A stretch of DNA of 64,000 nt from Bacteroidota bacterium (lineage in GTDB: Bacteria > Bacteroidota > Bacteroidia > NS11-12g > UBA955). Numbering within the stretch: the stretch's first letter is position 1; every line of letters begins with the position of its first letter. The notes beneath the pieces were generated by a model. It was not told where the DNA came from and ran no database searches. It worked only from the letters and a program-made list of their open reading frames with translations. The position numbers were made by a program, and so were the translations under genes. The DNA is taken from the NCBI GenBank assembly GCA_947451105.1, contig CANFXY010000002.1, positions 1,845-65,844 of the forward strand, written 5' to 3'. Shown here one piece after another: positions 28,479 to 39,363 of the stretch.

Positions 28479-29948
28479 GTGAAAATTTACAACAAAATAA
28501 ATCGCCTTGCTTATATTCTGACTTTCTTGGCTTTTTTAGCTTCACAAAATTGCTTTTCACAACAAATTCTGTGGGCCAACAAAAACAACTTAGATAAAAA
28601 AACAGATTTTACGAAAGTTATTGGCCAAAATAAATTTGGTGTATTTGTGCTAAAGCACAGAAATAGCAGCTTTAGACGTTATTTTTTGTTGGAATATTTT
28701 GACAAAAGAATGAACCTTTTAAAGAGTAAAACCTTTAAAATACCAAATTCAGAATTAGAAAAAATTGTTGTCACGCCGCAAAACATTATTGCTTTCTCTA
28801 AAGAATATTCAAAAGGTAATTTAAGTAGACTATTTTATCAAGTTATTGATTCAAATTTTAATGCATCTGAAGCTTATACAATCGTTAACTTTGACAACCC
28901 AGATATTGAAATGTCTGATATTAGGATTGAGTACAATTCGACAAAAAATAAATTTCTAATTTGGTATCTCAATAGCGAGGGTGACAGCACCAAATTAAAT
29001 TCATTTCTACTTCAGAATAGAAAAATAAGCAATAATTTCATCCCAACAATTAATTGTAAACTTGATCATTTTTTCATTGGTGACGCCCTCATTGATGACA
29101 CAGGCAACCTTTATCTAATTTATTCCAAATCAGATAAATTCAAAAGTAAATTAGCAATAGATTTTGAACACCGTTTATTTGCATATAACCTTTCAAACAA
29201 TTCAACAATTGACATAGTGCTAAACGAAGAAAAAACCTTCTTAGGTGCTTACAAGCTATCTTACAACAAAGCCATTTCAGAAGTGTTGGCTTTCGGTTTA
29301 AGTGGTGTAGCTGACGAAGATGAAAACAAAGGTTATTTTTCAGTTCGAATAAAGTGTTCGAATTTTAATGTACTATCTAAAAATTACAAAGACTTCGACC
29401 GCAAATTAGTAGGCCAAGTTTTAGGGCTCAAAAACGAGCAAAAGGGTGAACAACTCAATAAATTTAAAATAAAGAAAATAATTCCAAAACTAGATGGTGG
29501 GTTAGTTGCTATTTGTGAAAGAATGTTCGTAACCACTCAAAGTGATGTCTTCTATGTGAATGGAATTCCTCAAAGCACCTATGCTAGAATATTTAATAAC
29601 GATGAAGTTCTAGTATTAGATTTGGACTCCAATGGCAGTCAAAATTGGTTTGATATAGTAAATAAGAACCAATCCTCAATTAATGATGGAGGTTATTATA
29701 ATGGAATAGTCATCATGGTAAACGATGCTGAAATAAACATTCTTTACAATGATAGATTAAGTGCAAATGCAGATATTATTCAAGTGAGTTACAAGTCTAA
29801 TGGAGAACATTCCAAAAAAATATTGCTAAATAACGATCAATACTACGCATTATTAATCCCTTCAGAATATAACCAAGTTACAGCCAATAGCATAGTACTT
29901 CCAATCAATCAAAATCGAGATTTCACATTTATAAAACTACTGTATTGA
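28479..29948 (+). CDS. hypothetical secreted protein
   Basis: 489 aa; signal peptide LTFLAFLASQNCFSQ; beta-rich; no family recognised. Confidence 0.5.
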   Translation: MKIYNKINRLAYILTFLAFLASQNCFSQQILWANKNNLDKKTDFTKVIGQNKFGVFVLKHRNSSFRRYFLLEYFDKRMNLLKSKTFKIPNSELEKIVVTPQNIIAFSKEYSKGNLSRLFYQVIDSNFNASEAYTIVNFDNPDIEMSDIRIEYNSTKNKFLIWYLNSEGDSTKLNSFLLQNRKISNNFIPTINCKLDHFFIGDALIDDTGNLYLIYSKSDKFKSKLAIDFEHRLFAYNLSNNSTIDIVLNEEKTFLGAYKLSYNKAISEVLAFGLSGVADEDENKGYFSVRIKCSNFNVLSKNYKDFDRKLVGQVLGLKNEQKGEQLNKFKIKKIIPKLDGGLVAICERMFVTTQSDVFYVNGIPQSTYARIFNNDEVLVLDLDSNGSQNWFDIVNKNQSSINDGGYYNGIVIMVNDAEINILYNDRLSANADIIQVSYKSNGEHSKKILLNNDQYYALLIPSEYNQVTANSIVLPINQNRDFTFIKLLY

Positions 29949-30910
29949 TACGTCTTTTTTCAAAAACCTTTAACCAAACAATTTTATTTTTATTTTTATT
30001 TACAATAGTAATTAGAACAACTGGACTATTGGTGCCCTACGTTAACACAACACAAACAATAAATATCGGCTATTTATCTGAGTTTTTTAGGTTGTTAAAT
30101 TACTATCCTATTGTGGGGTTTTCCATATCCACACTTTTCGTTTTTATCACAGGATTAATATTTAATCGAATTTGTGTTAAGCATGAACTCATCATCTTCC
30201 CTTCATATTTACCAGCATACTTCTTTGTACTATTAAATTCCGTATTTGTTGATCAATTTTACGCTGGGCCAGTAATTTTTGTTAATTTTTTCATGATTGT
30301 TTCCTTGGGTGCCATATTAAATTTATTTCAGTCCGAAAATCCAAGTATCGCTATATTCTCTGCCTCAACTTTAGCAGGTTTAAGTGCATTACTTAATATG
30401 ACCTATGTGGCATTTTTTATCGTTGTACTTATTGGCTTAAATATTTTTAGACAATTTAATTTTAGGGAAAACATATCGGCATTGATAGGGTTCTTATTGC
30501 CATTGTATGTTGGAACAATGGTAAACTACCTCCTCAACGGAAATTTTTTGCCCTTTTACCTGTTTTTCCCAGATTACGGAAATTTCAACAACCAATATTG
30601 GGCCTTATACTCTGCTCTTCCCAGTATAGGATTGGTTGGTATATTGGCATTCTTCAGAATGTACAGAAACTTCTTTCGCAACTCAACCAAGCAAAGAAGA
30701 TTTATTCAATTTATGATGATTTTTCTCATCACTACATTGGTTTTAGCAACCACAGGTAAACAGAACCCGAGGCAGGAATTCTCATTCGTTACCATTCCGT
30801 TAGCATTTTCATTCACTTTTTACTTTGCCAATAGCAAAATAAACATATTGAAAGAAATTGTAAATTTACTTTTGATAATTTCCATCTTATACTTTAGATG
30901 GTATCAATAA
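29945..30910 (+). CDS. hypothetical polytopic membrane protein
   Basis: 321 aa; about 8 TM helices; 4-nt overlap with the upstream gene. Confidence 0.5.
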   Translation: MIRLFSKTFNQTILFLFLFTIVIRTTGLLVPYVNTTQTINIGYLSEFFRLLNYYPIVGFSISTLFVFITGLIFNRICVKHELIIFPSYLPAYFFVLLNSVFVDQFYAGPVIFVNFFMIVSLGAILNLFQSENPSIAIFSASTLAGLSALLNMTYVAFFIVVLIGLNIFRQFNFRENISALIGFLLPLYVGTMVNYLLNGNFLPFYLFFPDYGNFNNQYWALYSALPSIGLVGILAFFRMYRNFFRNSTKQRRFIQFMMIFLITTLVLATTGKQNPRQEFSFVTIPLAFSFTFYFANSKINILKEIVNLLLIISILYFRWYQ

Positions 30911-30911
30911 A

Positions 30912-31493
30912 TTATTTGCCAATAGCCTTTAGAAACTCATTATCACCCGGTTTAACTGTTGAACCAAAATAATAAACCAACTCGCCTGTTGGGCTAATAA
31001 TAAATTTATTGAAATTCCATTTTACTTCAAAGTCACCTGAGCCATTCAAAGATTTTTGAGTCAACCAAGCATACAAGCTGTTCTGATTTGAACCCTTAAC
31101 ATCTATTTTCTCGGTTAATGGGAAAGTAACTCCATAATTTTTCTCGCAAAAACTGCCGATCTCTGCAGGGGTTCCTGACTCTTGGCCTCCAAACTGATTA
31201 CATGGACAACCTAGAACAACTATATTACTATCTTTATATTTGCTGTAAAAAGCTTGCAAATCCTTATATTGTGGGGTAAATCCACACGCACTAGCCGTAT
31301 TTACAATAACTATATACTTGCCTTTATAGTCCGCTAACTTAATAACCCCTTTTCCATCAAGTGTATTGAGACTTATATCATAAATTGATTTAGTGCTTGC
31401 TGTACTGGTTGTTGCATCTGCTTTTTTAGATTTTCCTACAAAGCAGGAGGTAAGTAAACTTAATATTCCCATTATATAAATTGTATTTTTCAT
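30912..31493 (-). CDS. glutathione peroxidase (lipoprotein form)
   Basis: NTASACGFTPQY (Cys active site), LGCPCNQFGGQE, WNFNKF; start moved to MKNTIYIMGILSLLTSC because the -7 box lies in the longer ORF. Confidence 0.85.
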   Translation of the reverse strand: MKNTIYIMGILSLLTSCFVGKSKKADATTSTASTKSIYDISLNTLDGKGVIKLADYKGKYIVIVNTASACGFTPQYKDLQAFYSKYKDSNIVVLGCPCNQFGGQESGTPAEIGSFCEKNYGVTFPLTEKIDVKGSNQNSLYAWLTQKSLNGSGDFEVKWNFNKFIISPTGELVYYFGSTVKPGDNEFLKAIGK

Positions 31494-31503
31494 AATTAAT
31501 GAA

Positions 31504-31511
31504 CAAAAATA
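31504..31511 (-). promoter_or_regulatory. candidate -7 box (TAnnTTTG on minus strand)
   Basis: CAAAAATA equals TATTTTTG; 10 nt before the ATG at 31493. Confidence 0.45.
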
Positions 31512-31538
31512 GATCATAAGTGTTTTAAAAAAAGCAAA

Positions 31539-31979
31539 ATGGAAGAAAACGATGATTTTATCTATGATCCTTTAAAAAGCGATGCAATTTACCAAGGGGT
31601 AGATAAATTTTCGCCTATTCCTTTATCGGTTTCATCCCCAAAGATAGAACCCATCGATAAAAGGCTTGTTAAAGCTACCGCCTTTGAAACAATGCAACTT
31701 CAAGCCAATCAACAAATACTAATGTTGAAAAAACAAGCTGACTTGATTATAGAACAAGCTAGGTTGATTGAAGAAAGATTGGTCATCTCAAGAAAAATTT
31801 ATGAGGCTGATCTAAATTTTGAACCTGTGGTTGGAACAGTTTACCATGTTTATGAAAACAAAGGGAAAGCTGTGTTATCAATTATATCACCAAATGAATG
31901 GGGTAAAAAACAAGCTTATGAAAGGCATGTTTGTTCGGCTAGATTGTTAGCTGACAAAAGTTGGGAACTGTTGAAATAA
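31539..31979 (+). CDS. conserved hypothetical protein (possibly DUF2452-like)
   Basis: 146 aa; no signal peptide; family call is from memory only. Confidence 0.45.
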   Translation: MEENDDFIYDPLKSDAIYQGVDKFSPIPLSVSSPKIEPIDKRLVKATAFETMQLQANQQILMLKKQADLIIEQARLIEERLVISRKIYEADLNFEPVVGTVYHVYENKGKAVLSIISPNEWGKKQAYERHVCSARLLADKSWELLK

Positions 31980-32006
31980 TTTAAAACACCAACTTAAATT
32001 ATCCTA

Positions 32007-32014
32007 TATCTTTG
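32007..32014 (+). promoter_or_regulatory. candidate -7 box (TAnnTTTG)
   Basis: TATCTTTG; the TTG start in the ORF track is part of this box, so the GTG at 32021 is preferred. Confidence 0.45.
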
Positions 32015-32020
32015 TCCTCA

Positions 32021-33466
32021 GTGGGACTAATTCGCAAACTAGCATCTCAAACAGCAATTTATGGGCTAAGTTCTATGCTTGGTAGGTTTATCAATTTTTT
32101 ATTGGTAATACCGCATACCCAGTATTTAAAAACCGTAAATGCATATGGTGATATTACCACCATATTCTCATTTATGGCATTTTTTAATGTCATTTTAACA
32201 TATGGAATGGAAACGTCCTATTTTAACTTCATTAGAAATGGTAGAGATGCAAAAGTAGTTTATAGCAATGCTCAAAAAAGTATTCTGCTTAGCACCTTAA
32301 TTTTTTCCATTTTTGTATATGTTTTTGCATCTCAATGTGCCAGTTTTATTGGCTATAAAGGGCAAACGGAATATGTTTACATTTGCCTTATATTCTTAGT
32401 GTTTGATACATTATCTGCGCTTCCTTTTGCTAAATTAAGGTATGAGGAAAAGCCGCTTAAATATGCTGGTATTAAACTGATTAATATTGGCGTAAATATT
32501 TCCCTAAATCTCCTGTTCTTAAAAGCAACACCAAGTGCCTTTGCCCAGCTAGACCAAGTATCCTTAATACTTATTGCCAATGCAATAGCAAGTTTTATTT
32601 CATTTTTAATATTGGCCCCAATTGTTTTTCAAATAAACAAACCTTTTGATAAAGGACTTTTTAAAGAAATGCTACAATACGCTTGGCCACTAATTTTTGT
32701 TGGTTTGGCAGGTATTGTAAATGAAACCCTAGATAGAACGCTATTAAAAAAATTATTGCCTGAAAGCCAAGGATCCTATCAAAATGGAATTTATGGCGCT
32801 TTTTATAAATTAACGATGGTGATGACCATGTTTGTGCAAGCTTTCAGATTTGCAGCTGAACCACTGTTTTTTAAACAAAAAGAATCAAAAGACACAAGAG
32901 AAAATTATGCCTTGGTCATGTATTGGTTTATTGCAGTATGCACGTTTATTTTCTTAGTTTGTGTATTCTTTATAGAGCCATTGGCCCATTTGTTTATAAA
33001 AAACCAAACTTTCTTCGAAAATCCTGATGGCCTTTACATTGTTCCTATCCTTTTATTGGCAAATTTGTTTCTAGGCATATACTACAATTTAAGTGTTTGG
33101 TATCGATTTACAAACAATACCCACTTAGGCGCAATCTTAGCTATTTCTGGAGCATCACTAACCATTCTTTTAAATATTACACTAATTCCGATATGGGGAT
33201 TTGTCGCCTGTGCATGGATTACCTTGTTGGTTTATGCACTAATGACTGTGGCCTCGTATATCTTAGGTCACCGATACTACCCAATCCCATATTATTTAGG
33301 AAAATATCTTTTATTGATCATTATTTCAGTAATTATCTGGCTGCTATCTAAAGAGATAATTTGTCAGATACATGTCAAAAGCGTAGAAATAATAATATAT
33401 CTTACCCTCCTTGCGTTGATGTTGTTGATAATTTGGTTGTTACAACCTAAGCGAAAAATTACTTAA
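32021..33466 (+). CDS. MOP-superfamily polysaccharide/lipid-linked oligosaccharide flippase (Wzx/MurJ-like)
   Basis: About 14 TM helices; N-terminus [27 protein letters not shown] is typical of Bacteroidota polysaccharide biosynthesis proteins found upstream of dut. Confidence 0.7.
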   Translation: MGLIRKLASQTAIYGLSSMLGRFINFLLVIPHTQYLKTVNAYGDITTIFSFMAFFNVILTYGMETSYFNFIRNGRDAKVVYSNAQKSILLSTLIFSIFVYVFASQCASFIGYKGQTEYVYICLIFLVFDTLSALPFAKLRYEEKPLKYAGIKLINIGVNISLNLLFLKATPSAFAQLDQVSLILIANAIASFISFLILAPIVFQINKPFDKGLFKEMLQYAWPLIFVGLAGIVNETLDRTLLKKLLPESQGSYQNGIYGAFYKLTMVMTMFVQAFRFAAEPLFFKQKESKDTRENYALVMYWFIAVCTFIFLVCVFFIEPLAHLFIKNQTFFENPDGLYIVPILLLANLFLGIYYNLSVWYRFTNNTHLGAILAISGASLTILLNITLIPIWGFVACAWITLLVYALMTVASYILGHRYYPIPYYLGKYLLLIIISVIIWLLSKEIICQIHVKSVEIIIYLTLLALMLLIIWLLQPKRKIT

Positions 33467-33471
33467 ATTTG
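33464..33471 (+). promoter_or_regulatory. candidate -7 box (TAnnTTTG)
   Basis: TAAATTTG followed by CA; overlaps the flippase stop codon. Confidence 0.4.
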
Positions 33472-33486
33472 CAAATCTCTAGTATT

Positions 33487-33921
33487 TTGAAAGTTAAAAT
33501 AATCAATCAAGGAGTCTATCCTATTCCATCCTATCAGACAGAACAATCTGCAGGAGCTGATTTATATGCTAACATTTCAGAATCAGTTGTCATTAAACCA
33601 TTAGAACGTGTTTTGGTTTCAACTGGCTTGACAATAGAATTGCCAATAAATTTCGAGGCACAAATCAGACCAAGAAGTGGTCTAGCCTTCAAACATGGTA
33701 TCACTGTGCTTAATTCACCGGGTACAATTGATGCTGACTATAGAGGTGAAATTAAAGTATTACTGATTAATTTAGGACAAGAAGAATATCAAATTCAACC
33801 TGGCGAAAGAATCGCTCAGATGGTTATTGCAAGTTGTGTACAGGCACATTTTACTGTTGAAACAGAACTTAGTACAACCGAAAGAGGCTCAGGTGGATAT
33901 GGACATACAGGAAACAAATAA
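33487..33921 (+). CDS. dut: dUTP diphosphatase
   Basis: [30 protein letters not shown]; start placed at the in-frame TTG (LKVKIINQ), downstream of the -7 box. Confidence 0.85.
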   Translation: MKVKIINQGVYPIPSYQTEQSAGADLYANISESVVIKPLERVLVSTGLTIELPINFEAQIRPRSGLAFKHGITVLNSPGTIDADYRGEIKVLLINLGQEEYQIQPGERIAQMVIASCVQAHFTVETELSTTERGSGGYGHTGNK

Positions 33922-33933
33922 TTTAGAATTTAA

Positions 33934-34941
33934 ATGAGTGGAATGAATATAATAATCCCAATGGCTGGCATGGGCAAACGCATGAGGCCGCACACTTTAA
34001 CAATCCCTAAACCTCTAATTCCAATTGCTGGAAAGCCTATCGTACAAAGATTAGTTGAAGATATTGCTGCTGTTTGCAACGATAAAATTAATGAAGTAGC
34101 TTTTGTAATAGGAGACTTTGGTCATGAAGTTGAAATGCAATTATTGAGCATCGCCGAAAGTATTGGTGCTGAGGGAAGAATTTATTACCAAGACCAAGCA
34201 CTCGGCACTGCACACGCAGTAATGTGTGCTACCCCTTCTGTAACAGGAGAAGTAATTGTAGCATTTGCTGATACCTTATTTAAAGCAGAATTTGATCTAG
34301 ATAAATCAGCTGATGGAACCATATGGGTGCACAAGGTTGCAAACCCTAGTCAATTTGGGGTAGTCATGTTAGATGAAAACAATAACATTTCTGATTTTAT
34401 TGAAAAACCAACAGAGTTCATATCTGATTTGGCTATTATCGGTATCTATTATTTTAAAGATGGCGATAATTTACTTGATGAGATTCAATATTTAGTAGAT
34501 AATGACATCAAAGAGAAAGGTGAATATCAACTTACCAATGCGCTGGAAAATATGAAAAACAAAGGTCTAGTATTCAGACCTGGTGAAGTTGAAGAATGGC
34601 TTGATTGTGGAAATAAAGATGCAACAGTAAATACCAACCAACGAATTTTAGAAATCAAAAAATCTGAATTCGACAATGCTGCAATGAATACCTCAGGTGT
34701 AACCATTATTGAACCATGTTTTATTGCTGAAGAGGTAACTTTGGAAAACTGCACAATTGGACCACATGTTAGTATTGGCAAAAAGAGTAAAATAAAAAAC
34801 TCTAAAATTTCAAATAGCATCATTCAAACGAATTGTGAAATCGAAAATACCTCGTTTACAAACAGTTTAATCGGAAACCATGTTTCAATTAAAGGAAATT
34901 GTAATGAATTAAGTATTGGTGATTATAGCACATTAAATTGA
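33934..34941 (+). CDS. sugar-phosphate nucleotidyltransferase with C-terminal left-handed beta-helix
   Basis: IIPMAGMGKRMRP (GxGxR), LGTAHA; hexapeptide-like repeats near the C-terminus. Confidence 0.75.
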   Translation: MSGMNIIIPMAGMGKRMRPHTLTIPKPLIPIAGKPIVQRLVEDIAAVCNDKINEVAFVIGDFGHEVEMQLLSIAESIGAEGRIYYQDQALGTAHAVMCATPSVTGEVIVAFADTLFKAEFDLDKSADGTIWVHKVANPSQFGVVMLDENNNISDFIEKPTEFISDLAIIGIYYFKDGDNLLDEIQYLVDNDIKEKGEYQLTNALENMKNKGLVFRPGEVEEWLDCGNKDATVNTNQRILEIKKSEFDNAAMNTSGVTIIEPCFIAEEVTLENCTIGPHVSIGKKSKIKNSKISNSIIQTNCEIENTSFTNSLIGNHVSIKGNCNELSIGDYSTLN

Positions 34942-34947
34942 TCTCTT

Positions 34948-36474
34948 TTGAAAATCAGATTTCATATTGCTTTCATGATTTTTATATCGGGAAGTCTTCT
35001 GTTTTCTGAAGGTTGCAAACTACTGTACAAAAAAAAAGTTAATTCTGATGCTTCAGGAAATACAAGGGAAGTAAACTTTGACGATTACTTTATTGATGCT
35101 TGTACACAATTTGGAAATGGCAATTATACATTATCAATAAAAAATCTTGAAAAATGCATAAACCTAAATCCAAATGAAGCTTCAGTCTATTATCAATTAA
35201 GTAAAAATTATTACGAATTATTTGATCAAAATTTAAGCCTTCAAAATGCAATGAAAGCTTATAATTTGGCAACAGACAATGTCTATTATGGATTATGGTA
35301 TGCAGAAAAACTTAGCTCAGTAGGAAACTTAAATGAAGCCATAAAAGTTCTTCAAAAAACTTTCTCAAAAAACCAAAAAGACGAACAAGTGTTAAAAGCG
35401 CTTGATGCTTTATATGTTAGCAATGCAAATCCAATTCAGGATAGAATAGATCTATGGCTAAGCCACAAGCAGAGCGCAGGATACAAATTAAATTCGTCCC
35501 TAAAACTTATAGATTTCTACATTCAAACTAAAAATTATTCATCTGCTCATTTATTGTATGATGAAATTAAAAAAGCTAGCCCTCTGAAATATAAGTACTT
35601 TGTTGATGATGCTAATTTATATCTCAAGGAAAATGACGAACTACACGCTTATGAAAACTTTGAAAAAGCGATTGCATTAAATCCAAATAACTTTAATTTA
35701 AATTATTCATTATTCAATTTAAAAGCTAGTAAAAAACTAATAGACGAGGCCAATAAATATCTAAAAAATGCATTCTCCGATCCGCTGACAAGTTTAGATA
35801 TAAAATTAGACGTGAGCCAACAAATTAATAAGACTTATATTCACGATACCTCTTATTCGATCTACATTAAAACATTGGCTCAAAGTTTGGTTCTTAATTA
35901 TCCTGAAAACCATAAATCTTTGTTTGCTGCTGCTACTTATTTCAAAGAAATAGAAATGCAAAACGATGCACTAAAACTTTATTCGAAAATTAATGAGCTT
36001 TCTCCAGGAAACTTTGAAGCCTGGCTTGCTGCCCTACAAATATCTAATGAAATCAGAAATTTTAACAACACAATTGAAATAGCAAATAAAGCGTTAGAAT
36101 ACTATCCAAATGTAGCTAAAATATATTTGGAAGCTTCAATAGCTTGTAATTCTATTAAAGATTATCATAAAGCCATTGAATTTGTTAAAAGTGGTTTGAG
36201 TTTTGCATTTGACCCTAAAATAAAAAGCCAATTACTATTCGAGCAAGCAACCGCAAATTTTAAACAAAATCTATATAAAGAAGCTGAAACAAATCTATTG
36301 GAGGCCCTGACATACAATGATAAAGATGCCAATATTTTTGACCTATTGGGAAATGTAAATTACAAACTGAATAATACGGAGAAAGCAATCGAATTTTGGA
36401 AAAATGCCCAAAGTTTAGGTCTAGTTTCTTCCGTTTTAGATAAAAAAATAAAAGATGGTAAATATGTTGAATAG
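34948..36474 (+). CDS. TPR-repeat protein (probable lipoprotein)
   Basis: 508 aa; multiple TPR-like A..Y..AL..NP units; N-terminal hydrophobic segment ending SEGC; TTG start is uncertain. Confidence 0.6.
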   Translation: MKIRFHIAFMIFISGSLLFSEGCKLLYKKKVNSDASGNTREVNFDDYFIDACTQFGNGNYTLSIKNLEKCINLNPNEASVYYQLSKNYYELFDQNLSLQNAMKAYNLATDNVYYGLWYAEKLSSVGNLNEAIKVLQKTFSKNQKDEQVLKALDALYVSNANPIQDRIDLWLSHKQSAGYKLNSSLKLIDFYIQTKNYSSAHLLYDEIKKASPLKYKYFVDDANLYLKENDELHAYENFEKAIALNPNNFNLNYSLFNLKASKKLIDEANKYLKNAFSDPLTSLDIKLDVSQQINKTYIHDTSYSIYIKTLAQSLVLNYPENHKSLFAAATYFKEIEMQNDALKLYSKINELSPGNFEAWLAALQISNEIRNFNNTIEIANKALEYYPNVAKIYLEASIACNSIKDYHKAIEFVKSGLSFAFDPKIKSQLLFEQATANFKQNLYKEAETNLLEALTYNDKDANIFDLLGNVNYKLNNTEKAIEFWKNAQSLGLVSSVLDKKIKDGKYVE

Positions 36475-37249
36475 TAGACTAATAGCGGTTATTTGTACAA
36501 TAATTTTTCTTGCATCTTGTGCCAGCAAGAAAAACAAATCAATAACACCTCCTGTGGTTATAAATAAGATCGACACAGCAATTCACAATCCTACAGCTTC
36601 TGATATACTCTCATTCACCATTAAACCTTGGACATTCTTTTCTTCTAAAATTGATTTTGAATTTAGACAAGCTGATGGTAAAAAAATAAATGCAAATGGA
36701 AGCATTAGAATGTACAAAGACTCTATGATTTGGATATCTGCAGGAATGTTTGGTTTAGAAGGTTTTAGAATACTCATTAACAAGGATTCAGTGGTTATTT
36801 TGAACAAACTGGAGAAAAAGTACAATATCTACAAAACCAGCGAATTTAAAGGCCTGTCAGACGTCCCACTTACCGTTAGCCAAATTCAAAATATTATAAT
36901 AGCAAATCCCATATATGCCCTAAATCTTTACAATATTGCGAATCAAAATGAGACGCAAATTTCAATACAGTATGCGCAAAAAAAATACAATACTTCCCAT
37001 AGCTATACGAAACAATCATATACAATTGATTCTAGCAATTTGAAGGATAATTTAAATCCCAATTTTGCGAAAATTACCTATTCAGAATACGCTGTTTTCA
37101 ACAACCACAATTTTCCAACTTCTACATTTATTCAATCAAAATTTAACAATAAAAGCACCGAATTAGAATTGAAATATTCTGATATTGATTTTGAGACCAC
37201 TCTTAGCTTCCCATGTCAAATACCTTCTTCTTATGAAAAAGCAAATTAA
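36464..37249 (+). CDS. DUF4292/LolB-like lipoprotein
   Basis: MLNSRLIAVICTIIFLASC lipobox; position between the TPR and M23 genes matches the Bacteroidota synteny as I recall it. Confidence 0.5.
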   Translation: MLNSRLIAVICTIIFLASCASKKNKSITPPVVINKIDTAIHNPTASDILSFTIKPWTFFSSKIDFEFRQADGKKINANGSIRMYKDSMIWISAGMFGLEGFRILINKDSVVILNKLEKKYNIYKTSEFKGLSDVPLTVSQIQNIIIANPIYALNLYNIANQNETQISIQYAQKKYNTSHSYTKQSYTIDSSNLKDNLNPNFAKITYSEYAVFNNHNFPTSTFIQSKFNNKSTELELKYSDIDFETTLSFPCQIPSSYEKAN

Positions 37250-38504
37250 TAAAATATCATTTATTGTTCTTTTCTTGTCGATAGGGTTAAGTTCCTTTGG
37301 GCAAACCAAAAAAGACTTAGAAAAGCAGCGCAAAAAAACAGAAGAGGAAATAGCCCTAACCAAGAAAATTCTTAAAGAAACAAAGAATAAAAAACAGCAA
37401 AGCATTAGAGAAATCGTAACAATTTCGAGATTAATTGAGAAAAGAGAAGAGTTGATCAATACCATCAACGCGGAAATTGTCTATGTAAACAAAGATGTTG
37501 AGGGCAAAAAAAATGATATCGAAATTCTAAACAACCAAATTGATTTAGAAAAGAAGAACTACGCAAAAGCCATTGTTCAATCATTTAAAAGCAAAAAAGT
37601 ATACAACAATTCTCTCTACTTATTTGCTGCAAAATCATTTAATCAATTATTTTTAAGGTTTAGATTCAGCGCATATCTTAATGCTGCTCAAGAAAAGTTC
37701 TTGTTTAGAATAAATGAAAAAAGAAATGAATTGGAAAATATTCTTCAAGAATTACTAGGTCTCAAAGTTTCAAAAGAAAAATTAGCAAATAATAAAAAGT
37801 CTGAGGTTAAAGAACTTGAAATAGATAAAAATGAAAAAAACAAAGTAGTGGTAGCGCTAACTGGCAAAGAATCTGAATTGAAAAAGAATTTAGAAAAACA
37901 GAAAAAAGCCAAAGAAAATCTAAATGCACAGATTAACGCCATTATTGCAAAAGAAATAGCAGCAGCAAGAAAAAAGGCCATTGACCAAAAATCAACTACT
38001 GGAAACAATACAGGAAAAAACTCTGATAAAAACGGTTCACAAAGTAAAGCAGACCATAACACGCCAAGTGTAACACCAGAGGTAAAACAACTCTCAGATA
38101 ATTTTGCAGCAAATAAAGGCAGATTGCCTTGGCCAGTGGAAAAAGGATTTATTAGTGAAAGATTTGGGTCTCATGCGCATGAAAAACTTGACCAAGTAAC
38201 TGTTCAGAACAATGGAATAGATATACAAGCAAGCAGAGGTTCAAATGCGAGATGTATACACAAAGGTACTGTCACTGCGATAATTAATATTCCAGGAATG
38301 GGCAAAGCTGTAATTGTTAATCATGGTGAATACTACACGGTTTATTCTAAGTTAAAAGATGTAAGCGTTAGCCAAGGACAAACAGTCTCATTAAAGCAAG
38401 TTATTGGAAGCATTGCAGAAGATGAGGATGGAGCTACCGAAATTCATTTTGAAATTTGGTTTAATCAAGACAAACAAAACCCTGAGCTTTGGCTCGCAAG
38501 ATAA
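37233..38504 (+). CDS. M23-family peptidoglycan metalloendopeptidase with coiled-coil (EnvC-like)
   Basis: Signal peptide; long K/E-rich coiled coil; C-terminal LytM-type domain (GIDIQASRGSNARCIHKGTV...VNHGEYYTVYSKL). Confidence 0.8.
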   Translation: MKKQINKISFIVLFLSIGLSSFGQTKKDLEKQRKKTEEEIALTKKILKETKNKKQQSIREIVTISRLIEKREELINTINAEIVYVNKDVEGKKNDIEILNNQIDLEKKNYAKAIVQSFKSKKVYNNSLYLFAAKSFNQLFLRFRFSAYLNAAQEKFLFRINEKRNELENILQELLGLKVSKEKLANNKKSEVKELEIDKNEKNKVVVALTGKESELKKNLEKQKKAKENLNAQINAIIAKEIAAARKKAIDQKSTTGNNTGKNSDKNGSQSKADHNTPSVTPEVKQLSDNFAANKGRLPWPVEKGFISERFGSHAHEKLDQVTVQNNGIDIQASRGSNARCIHKGTVTAIINIPGMGKAVIVNHGEYYTVYSKLKDVSVSQGQTVSLKQVIGSIAEDEDGATEIHFEIWFNQDKQNPELWLAR

Positions 38505-38505
38505 A

Positions 38506-39363
38506 ATGGAAGTTAAAGAAATTAAAAATGTAGGAATAGCAGGCGCAGGCACTATGGGTGCTGGAATTGCATTGGTCTGTGCACAAGCAAATTTTAAAGT
38601 CATATTGTTTGATATTAATCAAACCGTATTAGATTCTGCTCAAAAATCAAATTTGAGCATTTTGAATAAAATGCTTGAATCTTCAAGAATTGACCAAAGT
38701 GTATACAATTCAACTTTAGAAAATATATCCTACAGCAATGAAATTTCTGATTTGAAATCAGACCTAATCATTGAAGCTATTATTGAAAAACCAGAAATTA
38801 AAATATCTCTATTTCAACAACTTATTGATTTAAATGGAATTGAGACAATTTATGCTACCAATACGTCTTCAATTCCTATTACCCAAATTGCAGCAGGCTT
38901 GAGTTTGCCTCAGAACCTGGTAGGCATACATTTCTTTAACCCAGCGCATATAATGAAATTGGTTGAGGTTATTAAAGGGGCCAAAACAGATCAAAAAATC
39001 GTAGAGCAGTCTGTAAACTTCGTAAAATCGCTGAAAAAACAACCAGTAGTCGCAGCCGACGCACCAGGATTTATTGTAAATCGAATCGCAAGATTATACT
39101 ATGTTGAATCTTTAAAAGCTTTAGAAGAAAATGTTACTAATTTTGAAACATTAGACCGAATAATGGAGTCAAGTGGCTTTAAAATGGGACCATTTAAATT
39201 AATGGATCTTATTGGCGTTGATACCAATTACTCGGTTACTGAAAGCCAATTTAAATTATTTAACTTTGAAGCACGTTTTAGACCAAGCAGAATACAAAAG
39301 CAAAAAGTAGAAGCTGGATTACACGGAAGAAAAACAAAAGGTGGATTCTACAACTATGAATAA
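38506..39363 (+). CDS. 3-hydroxyacyl-CoA (3-hydroxybutyryl-CoA) dehydrogenase
   Basis: Start at the ATG one nt after the M23 stop; IAGAGTMGAGIA Rossmann motif; NTSS; HFFNPAHIMKLVE. Confidence 0.85.
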   Translation: MEVKEIKNVGIAGAGTMGAGIALVCAQANFKVILFDINQTVLDSAQKSNLSILNKMLESSRIDQSVYNSTLENISYSNEISDLKSDLIIEAIIEKPEIKISLFQQLIDLNGIETIYATNTSSIPITQIAAGLSLPQNLVGIHFFNPAHIMKLVEVIKGAKTDQKIVEQSVNFVKSLKKQPVVAADAPGFIVNRIARLYYVESLKALEENVTNFETLDRIMESSGFKMGPFKLMDLIGVDTNYSVTESQFKLFNFEARFRPSRIQKQKVEAGLHGRKTKGGFYNYE

